Assembly (NCBI RefSeq): GCF_018977255.1
Contig: NW_024704742.1
Location: forward strand, 116,500,001 to 116,564,000
DNA: 64,000 nt
Direction: 5' to 3'
Source: Callorhinchus milii
Lineage: Eukaryota
Below the pieces are notes generated by a model. The model was given only the letters and a program-made list of their open reading frames with translations. It was not told where the DNA came from and did not search any database. Below are positions 13,790 through 25,227 of this stretch, in pieces. The position numbers were made by a program, and so were the translations under genes. Each line of letters starts with the position of its first letter. The first letter of the stretch is position 1.

Positions 13790-14070
13790 CCTTTATTTGG
13801 TCAGTCGGGTGTCTGACACATACAGAAACCCAACACCACTTAAGACTATGCAAACCAAACTGAGAATTCCATGTATCCCACCTACACATGGGAAATTCCT
13901 GGGTATTGGAAAGGAATGTGCACCCTCTCCCTGGAGGGACACATCCTGCTTATTTAATTCCTGAGAGCATTGCGCGCAGGTTGGCAAGAGCCAAGGTTTT
14001 GGAACTCCAGAGTGTGCGTTGGGGTACACACTTTGGGGTTTTCAAGCCTTGGCCGCCCTTTGGAGTACAT
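13790..14070. repeat. Unclassified dispersed repeat, copy 1
   Basis: cagaaacccaacaccacttaag...ctgagaattcc...ggcaagagccaagg aligns by eye with 30080-30320 and 49420-49650. Confidence 0.65.
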
Positions 14071-14191
14071 GTCATATTGCAATGTCATCTGCTCAATGTG
14101 ACATTGTTTGTTCCAATCACTCTGAAACATATGACATTTACCAACGAATTTGGGAATAGATTTGCTTACCTCTATAGTCTTATAAAATCTT

Positions 14192-15961
14192 CTACGCAGG
14201 GAGGTGCTTCCATGTGCTGACAAATGCTGTGGGAATAAGTGAGTAAGGGACTGTAGTAATGCTGTTCCATGTGTCCAGTGTGGGGTCATAGCAGTCCAGT
14301 GTTTTGCATCTCTGAGTGCCAAAATAGCCTCCAACTACATAGAGTTTATTTCCAGATGCTACTGCGTGGCAGCTCATTCGCTTTGCTGTTACGTCCCCAA
14401 CCTTTGTCCATTGATAGGTCTCACTGTTAAATCTGTATGCAGAACATGCAGAGAATTCTGTATCCCCGCCCATGATAAAAATTTGGTTCCCCAGCACAGC
14501 TGCAGCTGTGTACCTCCAAGGCTGAGGGCAGGTAGCTGGCACGGTCCATCTGTTTTCACAAGGATCATAACACTGTACTTTAGGCAGTTTATCATGGCAC
14601 ACACTAGTACCACCAAAGGCAAATAACTTTAGTTTGGCACTAACCACAGCTGCATTGCTGACACCTTCCCGAAGAGGGGCTACCATTGTCCACTTGTTGG
14701 TCACTGGGTCATACTGTTCCACTTGCTTCAGAGACACAGAAGGTGATGCCGGTTGCCGTCCGGTGGCTGCTGTGTGTCCACCAACTACATACAGAGAATG
14801 CTTCAGCTCAGCAGAGCCATGGCCAAATCTTGCAACCAGCATAGGAGCTGATTTGGACCATTCTTCATGAAGTGTGTCGTACACCCAGACATCTTTGGAG
14901 ACACCGTTTTCTGATCCTCGACCTCCAGTCACATACACTTTACAGCCGATTGCACATGCACTAAATTCTTTGCGTGGGCTGGGGATGTCTGCTTTTGGAA
15001 TGATCTCCTTTGCTTTATGGTCTACTAAATATACTTTGTCGCACATGAAGGTCTGTCCTCCAAGCAGGAGCAAGGCATGGCCAGTTTTACGAGGTCTTGC
15101 ACAAAGACTGGTCACCACTCCGTCATTTTGTAGAATTTTCAATTTGCAGCGTATTGCTTCTTCCACTATCTCTTTACTCTTCACCTGCCTGGTGATAAGC
15201 TCCTCTATGGCCACATTCTCCATCAAGTAAACAGCTGGAAGGAGGGCTAGTCGAACTGTTTGCAACAGTTCTGGCAAACAACAGTGGCGTCTGTTCAAGT
15301 CATACTTCACCCAGTTTATGGCAGTCTCATAAACTAACCTCTCATCTTCCGTCTCTAGTTCTTCGCTAGAGAGAAGTTGCACCAATGTATCCTTCGGCAG
15401 TTGTAGAAAATCTTCACTCTTGCTAATGGTTGGGAAATTGCTGAGGCACATCCTCCAGGACAGTTCATAAAGTTTAGTGCATTGGTGGGCGTCAGAGAGC
15501 AGCAACATTCCAAGGCAGTTTGTGGGATGCAGATTTTTCTCCAGGAATTCAGCACAAGCGTCTCGGATATCTTGGAACTGTAGCATGTCCCCAGCCTCCA
15601 GCAGTGACTCTGCATTTTCTTCATTGATGAGGACACGAGACGAGTAAGCATAGTCCAGCAGAAGCTCCAGGACCTCAGGGTGTATGGAATCGTGAAAGTT
15701 CACTTCATTGTCTTTGCTCTCGCGAAGTCCTCCGCTAAACATAGCTTCAAAGTATCGGCTGCAGGCTGCCAGGACAGCCCTGTGGCAAGGGAAGGTCTTT
15801 TCGCCCGCGTGCAGGAGGACGTCTGTGAAGAGACGCTGTTGTCGTAAGAGATTAAGATGGGTGAGGACACTGTCCGCGTAGGTAGTCTTGTGGAAGAGGT
15901 AAATGTTCATGGAGCCATTGCTGGCCCTGGATTTGCGATTCTCGTGCATGCTGACTGACAT
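14192..15961 (-). CDS. ENC1: Ectodermal-neural cortex 1 (ENC1/KLHL37), BTB-BACK-Kelch protein, 589 aa; whole CDS in one exon (about 14170-15973)
   Basis: MSVSMHENRKSRAS...FVSTWKHLPA, 1770 nt including stop, matches the known ENC1 length and sequence; acceptor ctttcttccgcag just before 15973; donor GTAAGC 22 nt after the stop; neighbouring HEXB distinguishes it from paralogue KLHL25. An in-frame ATG lies two codons upstream (15967). Confidence 0.97.
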   Translation of the reverse strand: MSVSMHENRKSRASNGSMNIYLFHKTTYADSVLTHLNLLRQQRLFTDVLLHAGEKTFPCHRAVLAACSRYFEAMFSGGLRESKDNEVNFHDSIHPEVLELLLDYAYSSRVLINEENAESLLEAGDMLQFQDIRDACAEFLEKNLHPTNCLGMLLLSDAHQCTKLYELSWRMCLSNFPTISKSEDFLQLPKDTLVQLLSSEELETEDERLVYETAINWVKYDLNRRHCCLPELLQTVRLALLPAVYLMENVAIEELITRQVKSKEIVEEAIRCKLKILQNDGVVTSLCARPRKTGHALLLLGGQTFMCDKVYLVDHKAKEIIPKADIPSPRKEFSACAIGCKVYVTGGRGSENGVSKDVWVYDTLHEEWSKSAPMLVARFGHGSAELKHSLYVVGGHTAATGRQPASPSVSLKQVEQYDPVTNKWTMVAPLREGVSNAAVVSAKLKLFAFGGTSVCHDKLPKVQCYDPCENRWTVPATCPQPWRYTAAAVLGNQIFIMGGDTEFSACSAYRFNSETYQWTKVGDVTAKRMSCHAVASGNKLYVVGGYFGTQRCKTLDCYDPTLDTWNSITTVPYSLIPTAFVSTWKHLPA

Positions 15962-16649
15962 TCTCATCAAACGCTGCGGAAGAAAGTAAAAGTGACACTT
16001 TAGGTATACAGTTAAAAGCATGCACTGTCCAGGCCTCACAGGAGGTTCTTGTTAGATTTTTGTTCGTTATAAGATTGTCATTTGCCATTAAAAACGGTAC
16101 CTCTGCGTCCTTCTCAAACTTTGTAAACCCATGCACTCCCTCCACTCAGCGGGCGCTAACTTACTTCACATCCCCTGCCCTACCCACCCTACCATCAGCA
16201 CCTGAGCTTTCAGCCGATTTGCCCCCACACTCTGCAACTTCATCCCAGAGTCCCTATGATCTGGACCAATAGAAAAATACAGCCACCATTTTCCACGGAA
16301 TCCGCTATAACAGGGCCCTCTGCTATAAACCCGCTAAAAAACGTTTCTGGCCCCGGGCCTCCCGGCTGTTTACCTGACGTCACTTTGGGCTGGGCGGCTA
16401 GAAGCAGTGCAGCACGACGGACCTGCGAGAGACCAGGCAGCCAAGAGACACCTTCAACAAGGCAATGTGGTGACGGGGAACTTGGGAGGAACAACCCCCA
16501 ACGATCAGCAAAGCAAAAAGCGGACCGAGTAGAAGCAAACGCTTCCTCTCAACGCCCCTACTGTGGGGGGAGCAGCTCCAGACGCGCATGTGCAGTGCAG
16601 CGCAAGTGGGAAATGGGCTTTGCTCCTCTCGGAGGCCCAGCTGTTGAGA

Positions 16650-17015
16650 TTGTCTGTGTGTCTCTGTGTTTGTGAGTGTGTGTGTCTCGCTCTCTGTGGT
16701 TGTGAGTGCCCGTGTGAGTGTGTCTGTCGTTCTATGCGTTTGTGAGTGTGTCTGTGTTTCTTTCTCTCTCTGTGTGTTTGTGAGTGTCTGTGAGTGTCTC
16801 TCTTCTGTATGTGTTTCTGTTTGAGTGTCTCTGTGTGTATGTGTCTCTCTCTCCTTTGTCTGTGTGTATGTCTCTTTGTATCTATGAGAGTGTGTGTCTC
16901 TCTCTCTGAGAATCTGTGTCTCTCTTTATGTCTCTTGAGTGTGTGTGTCTCTCTGTGTGTCTATGCGTGTGTTTGTTTCTCTCTCTCAGTCTCTGTCACT
17001 GTGTCTGTGTGTGGT
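16650..17015. repeat. Compound (TG)n/(TC)n low-complexity tract
   Basis: Directly visible mixed dinucleotide repeat. Confidence 0.9.
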
Positions 17016-17479
17016 GCTGGGCCCCGAGAGGCAGGGGGTGGTGAGCTCCTGTAGCCCCCGCCATCCGGACACTGGTCCTGAGTGTCTGTTTTTTGGTGGA
17101 TCTCCAGGTCTTTCGGGTCTGCACCAGTGTCCCTGTCTTGTCCTGTCTCCCTCTCCTCACCCCAATTGGGCCACCCAGTTTTTGTTAAAGAAGAAATTAA
17201 TTTTTAAAAAATTACAACAATGTGTTATTCCCTCACATTTAGTTTTTAACAATCAAGTGAAAAAATGTGGGTTGGCAGTAAAATGTACCCCAATAGCATG
17301 AATCGATCCCCGCAATTTCCCGCAAAGCTTGGCAAACGTCCCCGCAATTTTTGGCAAATATCTCCGCACTATTCTATTGGCCCAGCCCGTGACTTACCCT
17401 CCTCAAGGTCGCATTCAAGACCTTTAACCGCACCTTTGGTCATCTTTTTCCAATCTAATTAGGCACAGTTTGGCCTCTA

Positions 17480-17800
17480 GTATTCCACCCAGGTTGCCAT
17501 TGTTCATATGTGAGCATCGTCAGTGAGTGCCAGTGGGTCACTCAACTGTAGTGGACATCACAGCCGAGCCTGACCTCTCCTCACCCAATTGTCACAAATG
17601 CGCCCAACTAATAGAGGATGTTGTAGGGGTACCAGGACTCCTGCCTTGTTTCTCCCTCCTAACCCTGGGAAGCCTGGGGCCAATTGAACCTCCCTATGCA
17701 GCCAAGTTAAGATCAGCAGAATCAGCACAGATCTGGATTCAAACCAGTGCCTTTATGATCAGTAAACTCAGCTCCATCCATTACATCTTCAGAGCTGCCG
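17480..17800 (-). mobile_element. Ancient SINE-like repeat; a related decayed copy lies at about 61340-61545 (+)
   Basis: Minus strand has a B-box-like ggtttgaatcc, then cccagggttaggag... and ggctcggctgtgatg, echoed by cccagggttaggaag...cagctgtgatg at 61397-61510. Confidence 0.45.
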
Positions 17801-20800
17801 CAGTTAAGGTAATTTTTTTTACTATTTGCCTTTTGTTCCCAGCCTCCCAATGCTCCTCACTATGTCATGCCTCTAAGGTAAGATTACCTGCCACTCCATG
17901 GGTACTGTTTAATACAACTAAAAGTAATTAAAATCAGTAACAAGGCACTAGAGGAAAATATCCCGTGGTTTTGCTCTGCATGGTACCCAATCTTAAAGCC
18001 CATTAATGTTCACCACACAGTGCAACTAATTTCCTCGTCACTGGATACAAAAAATACTTTGTTTGCGTGTCTGTGTGTTGACTCACTGTTAACACTGGTA
18101 TTGTCACATTCCGCACTTGTAATAGTCTGCGTTTACTTTATCAGTAATGTTATTGAGAAAGTATTGGGACAAAAGTCACTTTGCTTGTCCTCTGCCCTGT
18201 CTGCAACACCATCGACCACTGAGCTTTCAGCAACTGTGCCCTCGTTCTCTGGAACTCTCTTCCAAAATCCTTCTGTCTCACACCCTTCCTCATTGCTTTC
18301 AAACCTTTTCCAGAAAGGTTTTCTGTTCACGTAACATTCTAAATGATGTACAATTTTATTACTTATTTTCAGATCAGCACCTCTTTCATTATGTTATAAA
18401 TTTTAGGTTCCACCTGCCTTGTGCATCAGATAGATGTAAAGGGATCACCTTGCCATTGCTATTTCAACCAGATGCAGATTTTTCTTCCCTCCCATTATCC
18501 TGGTTTATATACTCTAATCTAAATTTACCCCAAATTCAAATTAATTTGGCTATTCATCTATTTGTTGTTTGTGAGACACTGTTGACTCAGACAAGCTTCC
18601 ATATTTGCTTACATAAAACATATAATATAACATGTAAAAATGTGATTTTTTGTCATTTATTTTTACATGAAAGGCGTGGTATGCATGTAAATTATTATTA
18701 TTAAAAACTCAGCACTTTGATCAGACTTTCAGTCAACTCTCTAGAACCCCTCCTCAATTCCCACCTGCTTTGGTTTCCATCCGACTGTCTGGCGCTTTGA
18801 GGTGTTCTCCTAAATAATTTCGCCCACAAATATACAGTCAATTCACTTTACAGTCTATTCTGTGAAGCGCTTTGAGACGTCTAGAAGACGTGAAAAAGCG
18901 CTATATCAAATGCAAGGATTATTATTATTAATGTAAGTGCAATTTCTTGCAAGCACTGACTTCAATGGTATTTGGATGTATCAAACAGTCACTTATCATG
19001 TCATTGGTATTGTGATGAAAATGCTCTCCTCTCTCACTGAACAACAAAAAAGTTGCCCAAAACAGCTCATGAACATACAGTACTGCCTCTTTTGAGTTAC
19101 TAAAAAGCAATTGTGTCAGAGGCTGTGCGCGAAACAGTAATTACTCCCTTTTCGTTTGCAGTTGTAAACCATGCACGTCCACATTTACTGGAATTATGAC
19201 ATCTCTTGGCGAGTCCTACCTTTAACTGCAAGACTGAAAAACCTTTCATATAAGTACATTGATGCCCAAGGAGCTAATTGCTGGAAGTGTTTTCACGCAT
19301 TTAAAATACAAAAATATTTTCGCCCACAAAAACACAGTACGGTCAAGTCACTTTACAGTATATTCTGGGAAGCGCTTTGAGGCATCTCAATGACGGGTTA
19401 AGGCGCTATGTCAAATGCAAGGATTATTATTATGAAATAGTTAACAGCCCCACTTATCTGCCCCTTTGCATATTTTTTTCTTTGCATTTCAGAAACGTGA
19501 ACTGCACATGACAGGGCCTCTTTTAGTTCTGCAGTGTCTGGAGTGCATTCTTCCTCTGCGATCATCCCTTTCGACTGCACACACACTGACACAGCGCTGT
19601 TGCCTTGTGCCCACAGACAAGCATCGGTTCCCAGCAAACATCATGCAGGGAATCCTCGCCCACTGCCAGTCGCTGTGGTTGCTCTAACTCGTGTTAAAAG
19701 CCCTTTGTAACGTATTACAGGCTTTGGCACGAGTCAGAAACATGCCTGCAACCAGCCCGCTGTCACTGGTGAGCTATTCTCTTAATCCTGTTCCTCAAAT
19801 CCCAATGCAGCTTTGGCTGCCCACCAAACAAGTGATAATTTACACGTGTGAAGCAACATTTATCTTTTCCCCAGATTGCATGGATTTGCACTCCACTGAG
19901 CAGCGCCTTATCTCTGTGTGTGTGTGTGTGTCTCTGTCTGTCTGTCTGTCTCTCTCCCTCTCTCTCTCTCTCTGCTGCAAACTGAGAGAAGGCGGAGTAC
20001 TTCAGAAGTCGGTTTATTGCTGGATTTCCCCCAACGCTGTGCAATCAAAAGTCGCTGCTGCGAGTTGCCAACCAAAACCGAGCAGACAAGACAGACAGAC
20101 AGACAACAGACAGACAGACAGACAGCCTTTTTTTTGCAAAAAAAAATAGGAATTACCTAATTTATATTCCATTCTATTTCAAAGGTTTCACTGCACGGCT
20201 GAGCGAATGCATAAAGTATATGGACTTGTCATTAAAATATATAGACCTGAGCTCCGGCAACTCTGAGCTGCGGGTCCTATTATTTATACTGTGCTTAAGA
20301 CCTCTCTGCTCGCGAGGGAATCTGGTGGGTGGAACTGAGAAGAAAGGGGTTTGCAGTTCAAAGCCACAAAATGTTATTAAATTGTTTTCATTGCGCGCCT
20401 CTCTCTCTCTCTCTCTCGACTGCACCCGATAGTCGCGACTGGAGCGGACTTCAGTGGATCACACGCGCGCAACGTTGTTTAGTAGCAATAATTTGTAACG
20501 ACAGCAACAATTGCATTCGACACACCGCGTTGTTGAGGCGTCTCACAGCGCTTCACGTGGGACGTTGCCTGTACGTTGGTGGGCGGTCTGGCGTTTGGAT
20601 CGTTGCGAAGAGCCCCCAATGCGCTGACTGCATTGTGCTTTTTTTTTTGCTCCAAACCCTGGACTTTGGCCCCAGCGTTTACCGCTCACCGTGTGCGGTT
20701 ACTGGGGTTGGTTCCAGCCCGGGATGAGTGACACGGCTCGGCTCGGCTCAGCGCATCCCTGTGCCCCCTCTCCACCACCACACACACGGCTTGGCCTGAG

Positions 20801-22614
20801 ACCACAGCCTCTGGGTGGGGGGGGGGGGGGGGGTGAGGGGGTGAGGATCGCCGGAGTCCAGGGCTCGAGGTACTGTTCTGCTGAATGTGACTGATTTACA
20901 AGGGGGTCAATTTGTAGCTGCAAAACAGTCCCGACGACGTTTCGCTCATGAGTGCAACTCATGAGCATTGGCGTTAAAACGCGGCTGTACTTACGGGATC
21001 GATGCGGTGGCTGTGGGGGGGTGTGGGCGGGTGTGGGGGGGTGTGGGGGGGGTGTGGGGTGTGGAGGACCGTCCGGTGCTGCTGTTACAGCGCTGCCTCT
21101 GCGCTGGGAGAGGGCAGTGAGTGAGCAGCACTGTGTGGGGCAGCAGCTGCCGGCGGCTCAGTCAGTGCAAACAGCGGGTCTTTTCAAAGCGTCCCCCCAC
21201 CCTCCTCCTCCCACTCCCCCCTCCTCCTCCTCCTCCTCCTCCACACACACACACTCACTCACTCACTCACGCCTGCACCACCAGAGCAAAGCCCTGCACT
21301 ACTGCCACACACACCAGCCCTCTGTCATACACCAGAGATGCAGCACACAGCCTCCCTCACCCCCCCCCCACACACACACCCACACACACACACACACCCC
21401 CACAGCAAAATGCCTTACACACAGTGAACACTCTGCACAACCCGCACAGCAAAGCCCCTGTCAAACCTGCATAGCACAGCAACAGCGACGACAAAAGCAC
21501 CCACTGCAGAACTTTTACACAGCAAAGGACCTTACACGCAGAACATATGCAGCGAATGGCACAGCAAAAAAAAAAGAAACCAGAGGGGGCTTATGTGGCA
21601 AAAGAAAGATCCTCACAGAAAACACCGCAAGGATAGCCACGCGGAGCATCTACAGCAAATAACATGTACAGCAAAGACTCATATAGGGCATATACAACAA
21701 AGACCCACAAAGAGAATATGAGCAAAGACTCGCACAAAGTGCTTCCACATACAGCATATACAGCCTGAAACAGCAGAGCACTGCAGACAGTTTCACACAG
21801 TTACTCACAGCGCACACACAAAAAGTCACTCAGCTACACATGGACAGCAATATGGGACAGAGGTTCGCACGAACACAGCAAAGACATCACTCAGGGATAC
21901 ACACCAAAGAGCTCCTCTCCACTCAGCACATCTCCATACAACACACGTGTCACCCGCTGCTGCACCCAGTTTTGTAGAGCACACCTCCTTATTGCCACAC
22001 AGCTCCAGTCCTGTGCAGCCACACATCACCCCCCCCCCACCCCCCCCATGTACTGTTATATACTCAGCCCTGCACAGCACACACCATTCATCATAGACGG
22101 TTATACACCTAACCCTATAAAACACACATCGTGTGTCGTTGACTGTTATGTGTTGATACACAACCGTATCCATCGCCTATCATTTCCCATAGATATACCT
22201 CGCGTTGACAGCACTCGTCGTGTCCCATAGACTGCTTCATTTTGCTCTGTGCACACACACCATTGCCATCAACTGCTATACCCAGCCTTGTACACAGAGA
22301 CATCTCCCCCCACAGCCTTGTGCAGACCTATCATTCCCCACACAGTGTTAAACACCCTACACAGCACACATAATTCCCCCAAGACAGTTTTACACCCAGA
22401 ACCTCTCTCTATACAGCAACTCATCGCCGCCATACGCTGCCATATCCAGCCTTGACACACATCACTCCCACATCACACACAGCTGTAGCACCGGCCGGAC
22501 CCACCACACATCATTTCCCGCAGACTGTCAGATACAGTCCTGCACAGCACATACCTTACCGATGGACTGCAGATACATGGTGACACCGACCCCACAGCAG
22601 ATGCACTGTTATAC

Positions 22615-23135
22615 CCCAGCCCAGCCCACCCCACCTCTGCCCTGCCCACCCCACCCCTGCCCACCCCAGCTCTGCCCAGCCCTGCCCACCCCACCTCTGC
22701 CCTGCCCTCCCCAGCTCTGCCCACCCCACCCCTGCCCACCCCAGCTCTGCCCAGCCCTGCCCACCCCAGCCCTGCCCACCCCTGCCCAGCTCTGCCCACC
22801 CCACCCCTGCCCACCCCAGCTCTGCCCAGCCCTGCCCACCCCAGCCCTGCCCACCCCTGCCCAGCTCTGCCCACCCCAGCCCACCCTTGCTCTGCCCACC
22901 CCAGCTCTGCCCACCCCAGCCCAGCTCTGCCCACCCCAGCTCTGCCCACCCCACCCTTGCCCTGCCCACCCCAGCCCACCCCAGCTCTGCCCACCCCAGC
23001 CCAGCTCTGCCCACCCCAGCCCAGCTCTGCCCACTCCAGACCAGCTCTGCCCACCCCACCCCAGTCCACCCCAGCCCAGACCAGCTCTGCCCACCCCACC
23101 CCAGCCCAGACCAGCTCTGCTCTGCTCTGCCCACC
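22615..23135. repeat. C-rich pentamer-based satellite (CCCAG/CTCTG/CCCAC/CCCTG)
   Basis: Directly visible; explains the spurious G/W/A- and P/L/C-rich ORFs. Confidence 0.95.
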
Positions 23136-23659
23136 ACAGTCGCACCACTTACACACACACACACGATCCTACACCGAGTGACTGACTCGACTCACCGAAG
23201 CTGGTCGGCAGATGATGCCGCGAGTGAAGCCATATGCCGAGCTCCCCGGTCCCGGTCCCGGACCCGTGTGACTTTCTCCGCGAGATCGGTGCGGACAAAC
23301 GACCCGTCGGTTCCAGACAAAAAGCCACCGACCGTCAGAGAGAGAGACGGTGTGTCACACAGTGCGAGAGGCCAGAGAGGCTCTCACTCACTCACTCACT
23401 CACACTCACTCACTCACTCACTCACAGAGCCGCGTTTGAGATGAGGAGGAACTGTCTGATCGGCGCAGTGTGGGATGTGCACACACAGCCCCCGATCCGC
23501 CAACGCTGCAGTGACTGTCTGTCCGTCTGTCTGAGTGTCTGTCTGTCTGAGTGTCTGTCTGTCTGAGTGTCTGAGTGTCTGTCTGTCACCCGAGAGCTCA
23601 GGGGGGACAGAGAGCGCGACTGAAAGAGCGCGTTTGTATGGGCGCTCCGGAGCGTCAGT

Positions 23660-24120
23660 GAGACAGAGAGAGAGTGAGTGTGTGTGAGTGAGAGAGAGAG
23701 TGAGTGTGTGTGAGTGAGAGAGAGAGAGTGAGTGTGTGTGAGTGAGAGAGAGAGAGAGTGTGTGAGAGAGAGAGTGTGTGTGAGTGAAAGAGAGAGTGAG
23801 TGTGTGAGTGAGAGAGTGTGTGTGAGTGAGAGAGAGTGAGTGTGTGTGTGTGAGAGAGAGTGAGTGTGTGTGTGTGAGAGTGAGTGTGTGTGAGTGAGAG
23901 AGTGAGTGTGTGTGTGTGTGTGAGAGTGTGTGTGTGAGAGTGAGTGTGTGTGTGTGTGAGAGAGTGAGTGTGTGTGTGTGAGTGAGAGAGAGTGAGTGTG
24001 TGTGTGAGAGAGAGAGAGAGTGAGTGTGTGTGTGTGAGAGTGAGTGTGTGAGTGAGAGAGAGAGAAGAGTGTGTGTGAGTGAGAGAGAGTGAGTGTGAGT
24101 GTGTGTGAGTGAGAGAGAGA
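23660..24120. repeat. (GA)n/(GT)n compound microsatellite
   Basis: Directly visible. Confidence 0.95.
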
Positions 24121-24297
24121 GTCCGGCACTGTCAGACAGTCCGGGGCAGAGCTCGGCACACGCTGGGATGGCGCTGCCACAGTGCAGTGCGGAGCCTGAG
24201 GGCGCTGTGTGTGTGTGTGTGTGTACAGGTCTGTCCTCTCCTCTCCTCCTCTCTTTGTAGCCGCTGCTCCAGTTGTTCAGACCGCCTTTGAAGTGCA

Positions 24298-24420
24298 CTG
24301 TCCAGTCCTGTCCAGTCCGGCCCTGCCCTGTCCAGTCCGGCCCTGCCCTGTCCAGTCCGGCCCTGCCCTGTCCAGTCCGGCCCTGCCCTGTCCAGTCCGG
24401 CCCTGCCCTGTCCTGCCCTG
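24298..24420. repeat. 20-bp minisatellite (CCCTGCCCTGTCCAGTCCGG), about 5-6 copies
   Basis: Exact 20-nt periodicity. Confidence 0.95.
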
Positions 24421-24839
24421 TGGGTTGGTTACACAGGGCTATGAGTGACCAGCACTGCCCGCACTTAGTCAGTCACCAAACGTGAGCCAACAGGAAGCGC
24501 AGTGACGATAGGACCATGTTATTAGAGAGCTTTGTCAGAGGCAGTTTCCTGATCATCTGAAGTTTTTTTTTCCTGGAGGAGGGAGGAAGAGGGGAAAGCG
24601 GTGGAAATGCCCGAGCTATCTCTATTTCTTTCCTATACACCGAGGATACGACGATGTATTTTGTGTACCTGCGAGACGTTGCACCACACTCGCCAGACAG
24701 TCGTGTCAACAGAAGTAGCTCTGGTTTTAAGACCGTTTTGTGTCTGTTTGGAGAGGAGGAATGCGCTGGTTTCAGCTTGACTCACTTCCAGCCACTGAGT
24801 CAGAAGGTCGTGGGTTTCAGGCTCTTTTCAGCCCTTCAG

Positions 24840-25164
24840 TAATAATAATAATAATAATAATCCTTGCATTTGATATAGCGCTTTTCACGTCGGGAGGACG
24901 TCCCAAAGCGCTTCACAGAACACACTGCAAAGTGAATTGACTGTATATTTGTGGGCGAACGCGGCAGCCAATTGCGCACAGCAATGTCCCACAGACAGTC
25001 GTAGATTGAAAATGACCAATTTATTATTGTTTTTTGTTTTGGAGGGATTATTATTAGGCGTGTGGAGTAAGGAAACTTGCCCAAGGTTTCACCCTGCCTG
25101 GAATTGAACTCAGGTCTCTCGCTTACAAAGCGAGTGCTCTAACCACTGAGCTGCAGGACTCCAC
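24840..25164 (-). mobile_element. Young tRNA-derived SINE
   Basis: Near-identical to 8437-8756; appears inserted into an older SINE head (24765-24838). Confidence 0.85.
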
Positions 25165-25227
25165 ACTTCAAACACAGTCTAAGCACAGACCTCGGGGAAC
25201 ACACTGACTGCAATGTTGGAGGTTGCT

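Larger units (their letters stand above)
20380..24300 (-). promoter_or_regulatory. ENC1: CpG-rich ENC1 promoter / non-coding first exon region
   Basis: CpG-rich patches at 20380-21190 and 23190-23660; minus-strand donors GTAAGT (exon ending 20995) and GTGAGT (exon ending 23196); ENC1 is known to have a non-coding first exon. Confidence 0.55.

Noticed and set aside
15974..16039. N-terminal extension of the 615-aa ENC1 ORF call
   Set aside because: Upstream of the splice acceptor at 15974, so intronic; ENC1 starts at MSVS (15961).
24298..24420. Regular repeats as a CRISPR-like array
   Set aside because: No unique spacers, eukaryotic context; ordinary minisatellite.
20952..24485. Long ORFs rich in H/T/S/L or G/W/A/P
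   Set aside because: Artefacts of microsatellites and satellites that lack stop codons.
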